Below are positions 42,740 to 56,421 of a stretch of 64,000 nt of DNA, piece by piece; within the stretch, counting starts at the first letter, position 1; the number at the start of each line of letters is the position of its first letter. The notes under the pieces were generated by a model that worked only from the letters and a program-made list of their open reading frames with translations, searched no databases and was not told the origin of the DNA. Source of the stretch: the human T2T-CHM13v2.0 reference genome, Homo sapiens; the NCBI RefSeq assembly GCF_009914755.1, contig NC_060928.1; one strand, given 5' to 3'. The position numbers and the translations under genes were made by a program.

Positions 42740-43050
42740 TTCTCTAGCTATATGTTCTCTGGCATGTTACATAACCTGTTTGAATCCCAGTTTTGTAACA
42801 TGTATATTGAAGATAATAATTTCTACCATGTAAAGTTTAGATATAGGCTTAATAATGATGCATATGAAGCCCCAGGGCCATGGAGTGGGAATTAGCATAT
42901 ATCAATTGTTAATAATGTATGAACCAATCCTCAGTATATTAGGGAAGATGAGGCTTTGCAGTTAATTAGTGATGGGTTCAAACATTGAATTCATTAATTT
43001 TTGTATGATCCTGGGCAAGTTCATTTCAATTCTCAGTTACTAAATTAATA
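42740..43050 (+). mobile_element. Two MIR fragments
   Basis: ggcatgttacataacctgtttgaatcccagttttg...; gtatgatcctgggcaagttcatttcaattctcag. Confidence 0.5.
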
Positions 43051-43693
43051 AAGTAGCCACTTAGGCCAAATAGATTTCAGAATGGGCTCACATTAAAGTG
43101 TTTCACAATTTTATATTTTTTACAGTATATCATGCTGACACCAAAAACCAATATCTTATCTTAGTAGATCTATGTTAGTGAGACAAGTTTGTATGACTCA
43201 TGGTACTTGCTTAAGTGGAGTAAAGTATTAGGGCCTTTAATTAATAAAGATTCCTTTTTTTCTCTAGTTTTGGACTACAGAAGAATTAGCACACATCTGG
43301 TGTGAAAATTTTCACAATCATAGAGAAAAAGCTAGCCAATTAAAATGATATTCTGATATCACTTCAAAGCAATTGTGATAGAGAATTCCTTTTGTGTAGG
43401 AAAGCCTTTCATATAGGACTATGTGCAAACCACTGTTTCCAGTTTTGTTCCACGTACAGAAATAACAACACATTATAAACTTCTTAGTAGTAGCAATTAT
43501 GTCAGATATTGTCCCTTTGGAAAAGAGGAATTATATCTTATGCTACTTCTATATAGTCTGTGATATGTAGTAGATTCTGAATGCAGAGTGAATAAGTGAT
43601 AGTAAAAGGATGATTTGATAATATTAGTTTTGGGTCTGTCAAAGCCTACTTCGAATCCACAAATCTTTGCCTTCCTAAACTAAGCGTAGGTAT

Positions 43694-44568
43694 TGTAAAC
43701 CAAAAGATATCTGAGATAGGTCTCAATCAATTTAGAGGTTTATTTTGCCAAGGTTAAGGATCATGACCCGTGACACAACCTCAGGAGATCCTGAGAGCAT
43801 GTGCCCAAGGTGGTTGGGTTACAGCTTGATTTTATACATTTTGGGGAGGCAGAAGTCACAGGCAAAGACATAAATCAATCAATTTAAGATATACATTGGT
43901 TTGGAATAGAAAGACAGGACATCTTATAAAAGGGGGCTTCCAGATTATAGGTGGATTCAAAGATTCTTGACTGGCAACTGAGTGAAAGGGTCAAGCTCTG
44001 TCTGAAAAATTGAAGTCAGCTTTAGTTAAAGTAAGCAGGAGTTAGTGGGGGTGGTTGCGGAAGCCAAGGTTCTTGCCATGTATATGAAACCTTCAGGTAG
44101 CAGGCTTCAGAGAGAATAGAAGTCAATGTCACTTACTGGACCTTAAAAGATTTCAGATTCTCTGGAAATAGCTAGCTAGGGAAGGAGATGCTCTAAAGAA
44201 TGTAAATTTCACCCACAGGAGATAGTTTTTCAGGGCCATTAAAAATTTGTCGAATAGACATATTTTGAGATAAAATACTCTGATTTCTTTCAGGGCCTGC
44301 TATCTGTCATGTGACATTTTACCAGAGTCAGGCTGAAATAAGTATCATTACTACAGACTCTGTTCTGTCAGTCTTAAGATCTCTACTGTAATGTTAATGC
44401 TGGTCAGTTGTATCTAAAATCCAAAAGGGAAATGGAATAATGAAGCATGTCCAACCCCCCTTCCCATCATGATCTGAACTAGTTTTTCAGATTTCTTTGG
44501 AATCTCCTACACTGAGAGTGGGCTCCATTCAGTCAGCTGGGGGCTTAGAATTTCATTTTTGGTTTACA
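43694..44568 (-). mobile_element. MER4-family LTR (3' LTR of a minus-strand provirus)
   Basis: tgtaaaccaaaagatatctgagatagg...ttcatttttggtttaca; reverse strand starts tgtaaaccaaaaatgaaattctaagcccc; polypurine tract (cttcctctt on +) adjacent. Confidence 0.9.
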
Positions 44569-47143
44569 TTCTTCCTCTTCTGGCCAAGATTTGCCAGAGG
44601 TAACATCAATGGCCAAACTTTTATTTTGTCCCATAGCATTGCCGAGGTGGTGTGGCTGCCTGCCCCGGTCCATCCTGACCCTCAGTGGGACCCACGTGGT
44701 CAACAGACTTAGAGACAAAAGACTGATACCTAATTTAAATGTTCTAGGCCAGATGGGAATGGAAGTGGGCAGGAATTCATCAACACTTAGAATTCTTTAA
44801 ACCATGTAAAACCCAAATGCAAAAGGCAAGGTTACAAATGTGGCTTATCTGTAATTTTTATGCATTGAGCTACCTTAAACTTGATTTAACTACAGACTTG
44901 TAGCAATCAGCTATACAAAACATAAGCATTTTGTTAAAGCCATTTTAGCTAAGGAAATTAGAAATTTTGGTTGTGCCACCGTGCTTTTGTGGTCTTTTTA
45001 GTAATTTGTCCTGAGGTTGCTGAAAACATTTTTTACATATATTTGCATAAATCTCATAACTGAGAGCACTACACCCAGGAAACTGTATTACCAGGTATCT
45101 GGATATCCTCTCAGTTATTTTTCTTTTAATTCAATGGGAAGCAGGAAATTCTTTATAGTTGAGATGAACAGAAAGGGCCAGGAAATGTCCCAGGAAGTAA
45201 AGTCCCTCATTTTGCCAGCTGTTTTGGTATCTGTTTGCCTGTCCTTGATTTGGGGGGCCTGAACTAATTCTCTCTCTCAGAATTGGCCCTTATGATCTCA
45301 CACACCCACATTTTCCATGACTGTCCCTGGATTTAGAGGGAAGGTACTCATATAGTTTTAGCAGCAGGGTGCCAATAATGAAAACCGATAAGGCCGAATG
45401 AGATTTTAAATGGTTTTAACATTTTGGGGACATCAGGTAAAGAGAAAAAAAAAGGTAATCTTTGTTGTATTACATAATTTTGTAGGCTATATATAGAATT
45501 AGCAAAATTTTAAACAAAAAGGACATAAGACCTGCCTAAATCTGACAATGACAGGAAAAGGAAATACACAGGTAGCTAAACATTTAAATGATCTAGTATT
45601 AAGGCATAAACAAATTATATTAATTTAGATAGAGGAAAAACTTTTAAATGAGTATTTATGTCTTTGCACACAGTTCTGGTCCAATGTCATGTGGAAGCAA
45701 ACTATTTTGACTGCCATCTTTTCCCAGGTTTGAAGATGAGGCTTTTGTAAACTTGAATTTGGTGCCAGATACCAGCGTTGATGTTTAGGATTCAGTAAGA
45801 GTCAGTGCCCCCTTTTAGAGAAGATAGGGGTACCCAGGAATTAAATCCCTGAACTTAGTAGTACAAAGGTTAGTTAACAATATTTGATAAAAGATCATTT
45901 TTAATGGAGCTGGAGGGAGTCTCAACTGATAGCTAATCATCAGGCTGGAGGTGGTAATACTGGAGTTAATGACTTAATTGGAAGCAGTAGGAAGATTTTA
46001 TAACTTTGAGGTGATTAATTTTTATAGTTTTGATAAGTCTCCAACAATAAATCTAAATCAGAGACTTAATTTAGGATTTTATTTTGAGCATGTTTGTTAA
46101 AGATGTTTAAAGATCCAAAACAAATTTATTAAAACAGCTCATTGTAGAATAATAGCTATTCATTTAACTAAATGGATACTTGAAATACTTCAAAAGAGAT
46201 AAAGGAAGTTTACGTGGATATAAAACTTTAATCCTTTTAAAATTTAGCTTTTTAAGTAATTTTTAACCTAATGAAAGCAATACAGAAATTAATTTGATAA
46301 AATGTGAAATATTTATTTCTTAGGCTAGTTACAAACAAACAAAAAACAAATGAACAAAAAACCTGCTGCAGTGATTGTTTTTCCTTATGGGAAGCCCATT
46401 TGGATAACCTGAAAGTCAAACCTGCTGAAAAGTAGGTAGGTTTGTACTTTAGTCTCTATTTTTTAACTGGACCCCTGAGCTCAGGGCAGAGCCACAGAGA
46501 ATTCCGGGTCACCCAAAAAAGAGAAAATGCCATAAGACCCGGCCATGTTATGTTCTTACAGTGCAATTTGTTATGAAGACATTTCTCTAAGTGTTTAAAC
46601 TGCACCCTTTTTAAATTTTAAACATGCAAAGGGTACCTCCTGTAATAAGAACTATTTAAGCAATTGCCATTAGCTGCCTCTAAAAGTACATTTCTTACCT
46701 AGCTATTACACACACCAAGGTTAAACATTTTTTCATAATGCAAAGTAATTCCCAGTACCCTCAAAAGTAAAAAATATGTAATGCAGTACAAAAAGAGAGA
46801 AGAGGTTTTTTTTTGTTTTGTTTTTTGTTTTTTTGCTTTTTCTATGACCTCAGTGGAAATCTGCTTGCTTATAACTCTTGGTATCCTGTGAGGAAAAACA
46901 GATTTCTGGTAAGTAGAGGAGTGTAGCTGCCCACTGCTCCCGCCGCCTCCTTTCCTCCCCACCTACCCCCCACCCCCAAGGGATCCCAAGCTGTCAGAAA
47001 TTCCTTTCTTCTTTCTAGGTCCCTCATGGGGTAAAGGTGGCAAGAGGAAGGAGAGACAGGGAGAAGTAAAAGGAAGAAATGGAACTTAGTTGACTGAGAA
47101 AAAAAAAGATCCAAGGAGAGAAAAAAAGCATAAAGAAAAAAAG

Positions 47144-47192
<49 letters not shown>

Positions 47193-48255
47193 GATATTTG
47201 CTATTAATTAAGCTGACCTTTAACCCTAGAGCTCTTTAAAAAAATTCTTTTAAATCTGTTACTATCATATATTAGCTGGGACAAACAGCTGATACTTCAA
47301 AAGTAGCACAAATATCAAACCAGCAAGGACTTGATGTTAGAACCAAACCTAGGCTGTTAGGGTGAAAAGGGCAAATCTTAGCTGTTGAACTACAACATGA
47401 GGTGGCTGCCATTGCTCTTTCAGTTTAGGCTTGGCTAGCAAAAAGTGGCCTTGTTGGGTACATGAAGCCCCCCATGTAGTCAAATTTTTTAATTTTTCTT
47501 TTTGATGTACTTTTTTTTCCCCCTTCCCCCTGCCTTTGTTTTGCAGCTGTGGGAATTTCAACCAATTTAGAGGCCTTGTTCCCCATAATTTGAGACTTTC
47601 CTTCAGATTTGACCAAACCTGATAGAGTTGGTCAAACCCAATGAAAGGAGGGCCGAAACAACAAAAGGCAACAATAAAAACAGGTACAGGCAAATAACAA
47701 ATTTAAAGAAAATAAGCAAATGATCACACAATGTATACAATTACTGAACACTCTAAAAGTGAGGAAAAATTAAGACTCACTGATTGTCAACCTAAACCTT
47801 TAGTCATTAAGCAGAAATTTCAAGCCCAAGTCCCAACTCAGCAACTTATCTAGGAATGGGACACAGGCTGAAGACTGCTCTCTACAATCTTAGAAGCAGG
47901 AAAAAGACTCAAACTTGCCTTCCTTGGTGGAAGCAAGTGGAAACTCCAGAAAAAAAAGTTAAACTGCTCGTCTTTGTCACGGAAGCAAGGAAATTTGCCT
48001 TCCTTATTGGAAGAGAGCAAAACTCCAGAAAAGGAGGGTTGTTTGTTTGTTTGTTTGTTTTTCTGTACAGCAAAATGAACCTTAGATTTCACTCCAAATT
48101 TGAGAGATTCTCTGGAGTGGGGAAGCTCTTTCACCTCAGCAGATTGTCCTCATGGTTTGAGCAATAAAGAGCCCAAGCTGGTAACAAGCACTGAGAGAAG
48201 ATTTGTGAAAAGTCAGGGCACCTCCACCCTGGGTCCCTTCCATTGATCACCAATT
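44569..48255 (-). mobile_element. MER4-int non-coding internal region
   Basis: Lies between PPT and PBS-like tggtgatcaatggaagggac (reverse strand, ~48233-48253); no long ORF; contains (CA)n at ~47146-47190. Confidence 0.8.
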
Positions 48256-48406
48256 TGTAAACCAAAAGGTATCTGAGACAGGTCTCAAGTTAGAGATTTA
48301 TTTTGCCAAAGTTAAGGATCGTGACCTGTGACGCAGTCTCAGAAGGTGCTGAGAACATGTGCGCAAGGTGGATCAGTTACAGCTTGATTTCATTCATTTT
48401 AGGGAG
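48256..48406 (-). mobile_element. Truncated 5' LTR (U5 end only) of the MER4 provirus
   Basis: tgtaaaccaaaaggtatctgagacagg... parallels 43694-43848, then stops. Confidence 0.85.
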
Positions 48407-49373
48407 TCTCCCAACTTGAATAGATGACTCTCTCAACCTAGGGGATTTCAAAGAAATCTGAAAAACTAGTTTAGACCATGATGGGAAAGGGGATTGGACA
48501 TGCCTCATTATACCCGCTTCCTTTTGGAGTCTAGATAAAAGTGACCAATCATTAACATTACAATAGAGATCCTAAGATTGTTTCCATGACAATGGAGAGC
48601 AGTTTAACTCCTTTCTGGAGTTATCACTTACTTCCGTTGAGGAAGGCAAATTTGAGTTTTTTTCTTGCATCTAAGATTGTAGAGAGCAGTCTTCAGCCTG
48701 TGCCCCATTCCTAGACAAGTTGCTGAGTTGGGGGTTTGGCTACTCCAACCTGACTCTGGTATAATGTCAAATGACAGATAATGGGCCCTGAAGGAAATAA
48801 AAGTATTTTATCCCAAAATATACTTACTCGACATATTTTTTAATAGCCCTGAAAAGCTATCTTTGGTGGGGGAATTTACATTTTTTAGAGAATCTTCTTA
48901 CTTAAGGAGTTCTTTCCAAAGAGTCTGATACCTTTTAATGTCCAGTAAAAGACATGCACATCTATCTCTCTGACACCTGCTACTTGGAATCTTCATCTAC
49001 CTGACAAGAATCTTGGCCTCCATAATCCCCTACTTATCTTAATTCAAGCTGACTTCATTTCTTTATGGAAAGCTTGAGTTTTCCAATGAATTGCCAACCA
49101 AGAAATCTTTAAATCCACCTATGACCTGGAAGCTCCCTGCTTCAAAATGTCTCATCTTTCCAGGCCAAACCTATGTATACCTCAGATTTACTGATTTATG
49201 TCTTCGCCTGTAACTTCTGTCTCCCTAAAATGTATAAAATCAAGCTGTAACCATACTGCTTTGCCCACATGTTCAGGACTTCCTGAGGTTTTATCACAGG
49301 TCATCATCCTTAACCCTGGCAAAATAAACTTCTAAATCAATTAAGACAGACCTCAGATACATTGTGGTTTACA
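48407..49373 (+). mobile_element. MER4-family LTR in opposite orientation containing a ~160-bp MER4-int fragment (48581-~48742)
   Basis: Reverse-complement similarity to 43694-44540; ends cagatacattgtggtttaca; insert matches the reverse complement of ~47825-47985. Confidence 0.85.
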
Positions 49374-51366
49374 ATATAAATGTAAACAAGCATATATTTT
49401 AAAAAGAAGACCTTTCTATGTGTGGTGAGATGTGCAAATAAAATACCAAGGCTTTCAACACAACGTATATACCTCATAGTTCATTATTTTTGTATGAATG
49501 AAAGGATGTTCAAATACCATGCATGACTATTTCCAACACCTTTGCAATTTTCACTGTTTGAGCATTAAAGTAAACTTTGCAAACATAAGATTTTCCTTGC
49601 CTGCTCAATAATCTCATTTCTTATTCATGTTTCAAATAGAACAAAACTGCCAAACCTTACCTTTGAAAGCCATTTTTCAGAGAAATTGCCTTTCAATATT
49701 GTGTGAGCTTCTGAGTTTATGCAATCAATAATAAACCTTTAAATGCTTTCTTGGAATATATAACACATTTTCTTGTTGTTTTGGATAAGAACCCAAATAT
49801 TATATTACATTCACCTAAAATTTCTTTGCTCTTTCAGCTGCATGAGAATGGTTACTTCTGTGGTGTATTTTATTAATATACTATTTATTGACAACTCTTT
49901 CTTACACTGGACCAATGCTGGTTTTTGATTAGTTCATATTGGGGATATATTGAAACTTAATCTTTATTGTCTCTTTTAATTTAATATGTACAGCTGAAAA
50001 ACTTTAGTGTTATCCCCGTCACTTGTCAAGGTATCTGTTCTGCATTCTGCCATTACTTGGATTTTTCATTAGGTAAGAATCACCTTATTTCCCTATGCTC
50101 CAGTTCCTCTCAAAATAAATTGAAATATAGTAAGTTTCTTTGTAGGACTTTTAGGACTAAGAACTCTTCCTGGCAATGTGTTTTAGACCACTTTAATGAG
50201 TGTGACCTTAAGTTTAAATTTTCAGATTCTCCAGCTGAATTTTATATGAGGATATCTTGATTGGAATAAAAAGTAAATAAAAGTGTAAACACCTATTCAT
50301 ACAGCACGTTAATTAAATTGTACAGCTATTATAGAATGCTGTTTTAAAGAATATTTACTGCTATTGAGAAATGTTTATAACTCCCCAACATTAGAAGCAT
50401 TATAGTAAAATTTAAGTGCATCAAATACAGCACATTCCATGGCAAAAATAACTATTTGGCTGTTCTGGCTCTTTGCCCCTAAATTAGCCTTGATAATAAA
50501 GTTTATTCCAAAAGAAAAAAAATGTGTCTTCACTAGCACTTTGTAAGTGTGTTTTCTGCAATACAAGTTCTATAAAAGATTAATTGGTGTTCTGTTAAAG
50601 GGTTCTAACGCCAATAAGTTTGAGAAATAAATCAAATAAGATCAAACAGGATTTTAAAATTACATGAGACCCCAAAACTTTTAATGTATTGGTAGTCATT
50701 TTGGACCTTAAAGAGGGTAAAACAGTTTATACTGTGATGAAACCCAGTTATGTCATCTTTTTCTTTCTTTCATCATCAGTACATTTTGTGTTCTGTCCAA
50801 GAAATATTTGCCTACTCCAAGATTGTGAAAATTTTCTCCTATGCTTTTTTTTAAGAAGTTTTATCATTTTTAGCTTTTGTATTTAGATCTCTCAACCATT
50901 TTTAGTTAACTTTAAGTATGATGTAAGCTGGGAAATTTAGAGTATTTTTTCCACCAACACATCCAGTTGTTTTTACATCATTTGTTGATAAGATTATTCT
51001 TTCATTCTCTTACTTAGGCACAATTGTCAAAATCAATTGGCCATATGTGTGTGGGTTTATTTCTGGCCTCTCTAGTCCGTTCTATTGATTTGTCTATCTT
51101 TATGCCATGAATATACTTGATTATTAAAGCTTCATATTAAGTCTTGATATCTGGTAGTACAGGTCTTACAACTTTATTCTTTTTCAAATGTATTTGCCTC
51201 TGCTAGGTTCCTCATTTGCATTTCACTTTTAGTATCCCTTCATCAAGTTGTACAAGAAAGCCTGCTGCGATTGCATTGAATCTATAGATATCTTTGGGAA
51301 GAACTGACATCTTTACAGCATTAAATTTTCTAATTCATAGACATGGTATATCTCTCCAAGAATTTA

Positions 51367-51556
51367 TGAGGGGTTGGCAAACATTTTCCGTAAAGAGCAA
51401 AGCAGTAAGTATTTTAAGTTTTGCTAAATTATTTGGTCTCTCTTGCAACTTCTCAATTGCAAAAGCAGCCATAGCCATATGTAAACAAATGAGTATAGAT
51501 GTATTCTAAAAACAAAAGCAGAGCATGAACAGCAGGCCATAGTTTACCAACCTCTA
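51367..51556. mobile_element. MER58-type hAT-Charlie MITE
   Basis: Imperfect TIRs gagggttggcaaac ... gtttaccaacctct. Confidence 0.7.
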
Positions 51557-51591
51557 ATTTATGTCATCTTCAGTTTCTCTCACCAATACCA

Positions 51592-51926
51592 TAGTAGTCC
51601 CTCCTTATCTGTGGAGCATACATTCCAAGACCTCTGGTGGATGCCATAACTGCAGATAGTACCAAACCCTGCATATATTATGTTTCTTCTTATATATACC
51701 TATCTAAGATTAAAGCTTAATTACAAATTAGGCATAGTAAGAGCTTAACAATAATAACTAATAATAAAATAGCAAAATTACAACAATATGCTGTAATAAA
51801 AGTTATGTGAATGTGTTCTCTCTCAAAATATCTTATTGTACTGTACTCACATATTTTAAACTGTGGTTCAGCTCGAGTAACAGAAACCTTGGAAAGCAAA
51901 ACCACCAATAAGGCAGAGGACTACTG
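51592..51926 (-). mobile_element. MER44A-type Tigger MITE
   Basis: TIRs tagtagtccctccttatc ... ataaggcagaggactactg followed by TA. Confidence 0.8.
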
Positions 51927-54207
51927 TATTTTGTAGTTTCAGTGTACATGATGTCAACTTTATGCTTAAGTATTCTGTATTGGATGCTTTTGTAAATTGT
52001 AGTTTTTAAATTTTAATTTCTTATTATTAATGGCTTAAATAAGAAATTATCATTGATGTTTACATATTTATCTTGTATCCTGGGACACTACTAAATTCAC
52101 TTATCATTCCAGAAATTTTTGGTAGGTTCCTCATAAATTTGTTGTCTGCAAATATAGACAGTTTACCTATTTCTTCCCAATATTAGTTATTTATTTAAAT
52201 ATTTATTTATTTTTGTTACTCTTCATTGTCTAGGATACCCAGTTCCAGTTGAATAGGAGTGATGAGAGGAGACATCTTTGCGTATAGCTAACTTTGGAGA
52301 AAGCATTAATCTTTCTCTAAAAATAAGGTGTTAGCTGTAGACTTTAGGTGGATGCCTTTTATCAGGTTGAGGGAGTTTCCTTCTATTTCTATTTTGCTGA
52401 AGTGTTCTATCATGGCTGAACACTAAATTTTTTCGGATGGTTTTCTTCTTTATTCAAATAATATGGAAAATTACATTGACTGACTTTCAAATGTTAAATC
52501 AGCTACACATTGCATGGAAGATCTCTAGCTGCTCTTGTTCCTTATTATACATTTTTGGATTAGATTTGCTAATATTTTGTTAAGAAGTTTTGTGCAATGT
52601 TTAGAAAAGATGTAACTATATCTGCAGATTTATTTTCTTGTAATATCTTTGGTTTTGGCAGAATAACTCTGGACTTCTACAGTAAGTTAGAAAGTGTTTT
52701 TCTCCTATGTTTCCTTAAAGAATTTGTGTATGATTGGTATTATTAATATTTTTTCTTTAATTGTTTAATGAAATTTGCCATTGAAACCATCTGGTCCTGG
52801 AGTTTCCTTTGTGGGAAGGATTTTAATTATAAATTTAATTTCTAAAATAGACATAGATCAGTTTAAACTTTTTTTATGTGAGCTTTCATAAATTGTGGCT
52901 TTCAAGTTTGTCCTTTTTTATCAAGTTGTCAAATTTATTGCCATAAGGCTGTTTTTAATATTCCTTATTATCCTTTGATGTGTACAGTATATTAGTAATG
53001 TCTGCTGCTTCAATGCTCATGCTGGTAATTTATATTTTCTCTCTTTTTTCTTAATCAATTAGCTAAAAACAATTTAGCTAAAGATTTACTAATTGTATTG
53101 ATCTTTTCAAATAAGTAACTTGTTTTCTTTCCTTTTCTTCTTCCATTACAGCTCTTGTTTCCTTTAATTTACTTTGTGTATATTTTTCTTTTTCTAAAGG
53201 TAGGAGCTTATTCTATTGATTTTGATCTTTTTGTTTGTCATACGAGTATTTATAACTATAAATTTCTAAAAGCCGTTAGCTGCGTCACTCAAATATTGGT
53301 ATGTTTTGTTTTCGTTATCATTCAGTTCAAAGTATTTTATAGTTTCTTCTGTGATTTCTTCTTTGATCTGTTGTTTATTTAGATAAAGACTTGTTGTTTA
53401 TCTTGGAAACTTGTCAGAACATACCTTAGGAAATTGTTAAGCACTGTTCTTGCTTACATTTAGGGTATAAGGCATGCTTAGAATATAAAGTATGAGTAGA
53501 GAATAGACTCAGGATTGAATCTATGTATATACACAATCTGTATTCCCCCACAGGTTATAGCAGATTTGATTTCATTTCAGAGAGTTATTGAGATCCAAGA
53601 TGGTGTCACGTCGGAGGGAGTGGCATAAATGTGAAGGAGAAAGTTTCAGTATCAGAACAGACATGATGCTACAGGTCAGGAGAGCCTTTAGTTGAGGACA
53701 TCAAGCTTGACGCATAATAAAAACTTATAAATGTGACAAAGCCAAAAAGCACACAAGTCTCAAATAAATAAAATAAGTAATCACGAAGAACTGCCATAAT
53801 ATGACTCTGCTATATAATTAGAGAATATTTAGCAAAAAATTATAGGATGTATGTTAAATATAAACAATGCAAAAGAGAGTAGCTTATTGGTATGGCAAAA
53901 TTTATTGATGTGTTAAATAGATGGTAAGTTTGTAACCTGAAACACATGTTAAAGGTAGAATAAATGAAATATATACTAGAATGAACAAGCATATTACTTA
54001 TAATAGAAAAGGATAGAAAGTTGTAGTTATGATCATGCCCTTTTCATGCAGGCATTTTTAGATATAATCTTTAAGTTGGCTATTATTGGTGACATCCAAC
54101 ATGGTCCCATTCTAACCTATTCACATGTTTTGTGTTCATGAGGTGTAGATAAAACCCATAGTTGTTTAGGAGGCTAATTGAAAAAGAATTTTGCTCCTAT
54201 GTCTGTC

Positions 54208-54646
54208 TGATATGGTTTGGAGTTTTGTCCCCTTTGAATCTCATGTTGAAATGTAATCCCCAGTGTTGGAGATGGGTCCTGGTGGGAAGTCATGAAAGTC
54301 AAAGGGAAACCTTGGGGTCGTGAGGGTGGTTCCCTTATGAATGGCTTGGTGCCCTCCCCATGGTAATAAGTGAGTTCTCCAGAGTTCACATGAGATCTGG
54401 TTGTCTAAAGAGCCTGGCACTTCCTCTTTCCTCTCTCTTGCTCCTGCTCTCACCATGTGACATTCCTGCTCCCACTTCACCTTCTGCCATGAGTAAAAGC
54501 TCCCTGAGGCCTCCCCAAGAGCTGAGTAGAGGCCTTTGCCATGCTTCCTGTACAGCCTGCAGAACTATGAGCCAATTAAACTTCTTTTCTTTATAAATTA
54601 TCCAGTCTTAGGTATTCCTTTATGGAAATGAAAACAGACTAACACA
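54208..54646 (+). mobile_element. MSTA/MSTB MaLR solo LTR
   Basis: tgatatggtttgg...aatctcatgttgaaatgtaatcccc...cagcctgcagaactatgagccaattaaac...gactaacaca; TSD ctgtc/ctctc. Confidence 0.9.
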
Positions 54647-55865
54647 CTCTCTGGGAGAGTGTGTGTTTTGGCCCTAGGTAACTTCCGTCTGTGCATTCCA
54701 TTCTTATTCAAACCTCAGCCTTGGTCCCTGTCACCACAGCATCAGCAGAGAAGGTTGACATGGCAGAGACTGAGAAACATAGGGAGGGAGATAGCTGTGT
54801 TTATGTGAAGATTATATAATTCAGGATTTGGGTAGTGAGATCCTTTCACACAATTGTACCCTACACTTTGTGTTAACCTGGTACCCCATTTTTTTACATC
54901 TCATTGTGTGTTTTAAATTCATTTAATATACCATGTTATTTGGGCATCTTTATTTGGTCTGCAAGTTTTTCTATTCTGAGACTTTTAGGGTAGTAACTGG
55001 AGGCTACCATTTCATCAAGGTAATTTCCCACACAACCATAATAACAAAATCAATGATATTTTAGCCAGTGATCAGAACCCTATATTGATACTTTAACCAG
55101 TAATTAGAACTAATTTTAATATATATTATGAAGAAATTTTAGTTGACAATTTAATGAAAAGTGATTGTAGGATTAAACACACATAAACCACAGAATGAAG
55201 TTACACAAATATACAAATTATCAAATCATTTCATGATAATGGAAAGAGCTTTTTTACATACATACATATATACACACATACATACACACATATCTATAAG
55301 TTTCTAGATTTTGATTCTAGCAAGTATTTAAACTATGAAACAAGAGGGTTTTTTTTAACCAAGATTAATATAACAAATATTTATTGAAGGCCAACTATTT
55401 GCTAGCCATAGAGTCAAAACCAATGCCAGTTTAACTTTGTTAACATAAACCTATTATTGGTATTGACTTGATTTACACTTTTTGTAAAGGTTATTATGTG
55501 TTGTAAAAAATGCGTGAATTTTAATCATAGAACAAATTCAAGGAATATGTATTTGCCATGTTTTAGCCAATATATGTGAAGAGAAGTAAAATTCCTTTTT
55601 ACAATTTGTCATTAAAATAAATGCTGACAAGATCCATTACATACATTTATAATATACTCTCAGATTATAAATCTAAATAGGTTTATTAATGTTTTGTAAC
55701 TAGATTTTAATTGTTAAGGTCAACATTAAATGACTGTTCAGAATAGTACTGGTAGCATATGAACTTGTCACTTTTTTCTACTTAAGCCCCTTCCGCCCTA
55801 CATTAAGTACCAATGCATTTAAGATAACATGTACTTTTAAATATATTAAAAATTAAGTATGTTAT

Positions 55866-56421
55866 TGTGATGGTTAACATTGAGTGTCAACTTGATTGAA
55901 TTGAAAGAAGCAAAGTATTACCCTTCGGTGTGTCTGTGAGGGTGTTGACAAAGGAGATTAACATTTGAGTTAGTGAACAGAGAGAGGCAGACCCACCCTT
56001 AATGTGTAGGCACCATCTAAATAGCTGCCAGCACAGCTAGAATAAAGTAGGCAGAAAAACAAGCAAGGTTTATACTTGCTCAGTTTTCCAGCCTTCATCT
56101 TTCTCCCGTGCTGGATGCTTCTTGCCCTCAAACATCAGACTCGAAGTTCTTCAGCTTTTGGACTCTTGGACTTACATCAGTGGTTTGCCAGTGACTCTCA
56201 GGCCTTAGGCCACAGGCTGAAGGCTGCACTGTTGTCTTCCCTACTTCTGAGGTTTTGGGACTTAGACTGATCCACCACAGGCTTCCTTGCTCCTTAGTTT
56301 GCAGACGGCCTGTCATGGAATATTACCTTGCGATCATGAGTCAATTCTCCTTAATAAACTCCCTTTCATATATACATATATTTTATTAGTTCTGTCCCCC
56401 TAGAGAACCCTGACTAATACA
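55866..56421 (+). mobile_element. MLT2A (HERV-L) solo LTR
   Basis: tgtgatggttaacattgagtgtcaacttgattg...agagaaccctgactaataca; perfect TSD gttat. Confidence 0.9.

Larger units (their letters stand above)
50745..53385 (-). mobile_element. Old L1M ORF2 fragments
   Basis: attgtcaaaatcaattggccatatgtgtgtgggtttatttctgg...gaataggagtgatgagaggagacatc...gaaaccatctggtcctggag. Confidence 0.75.
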
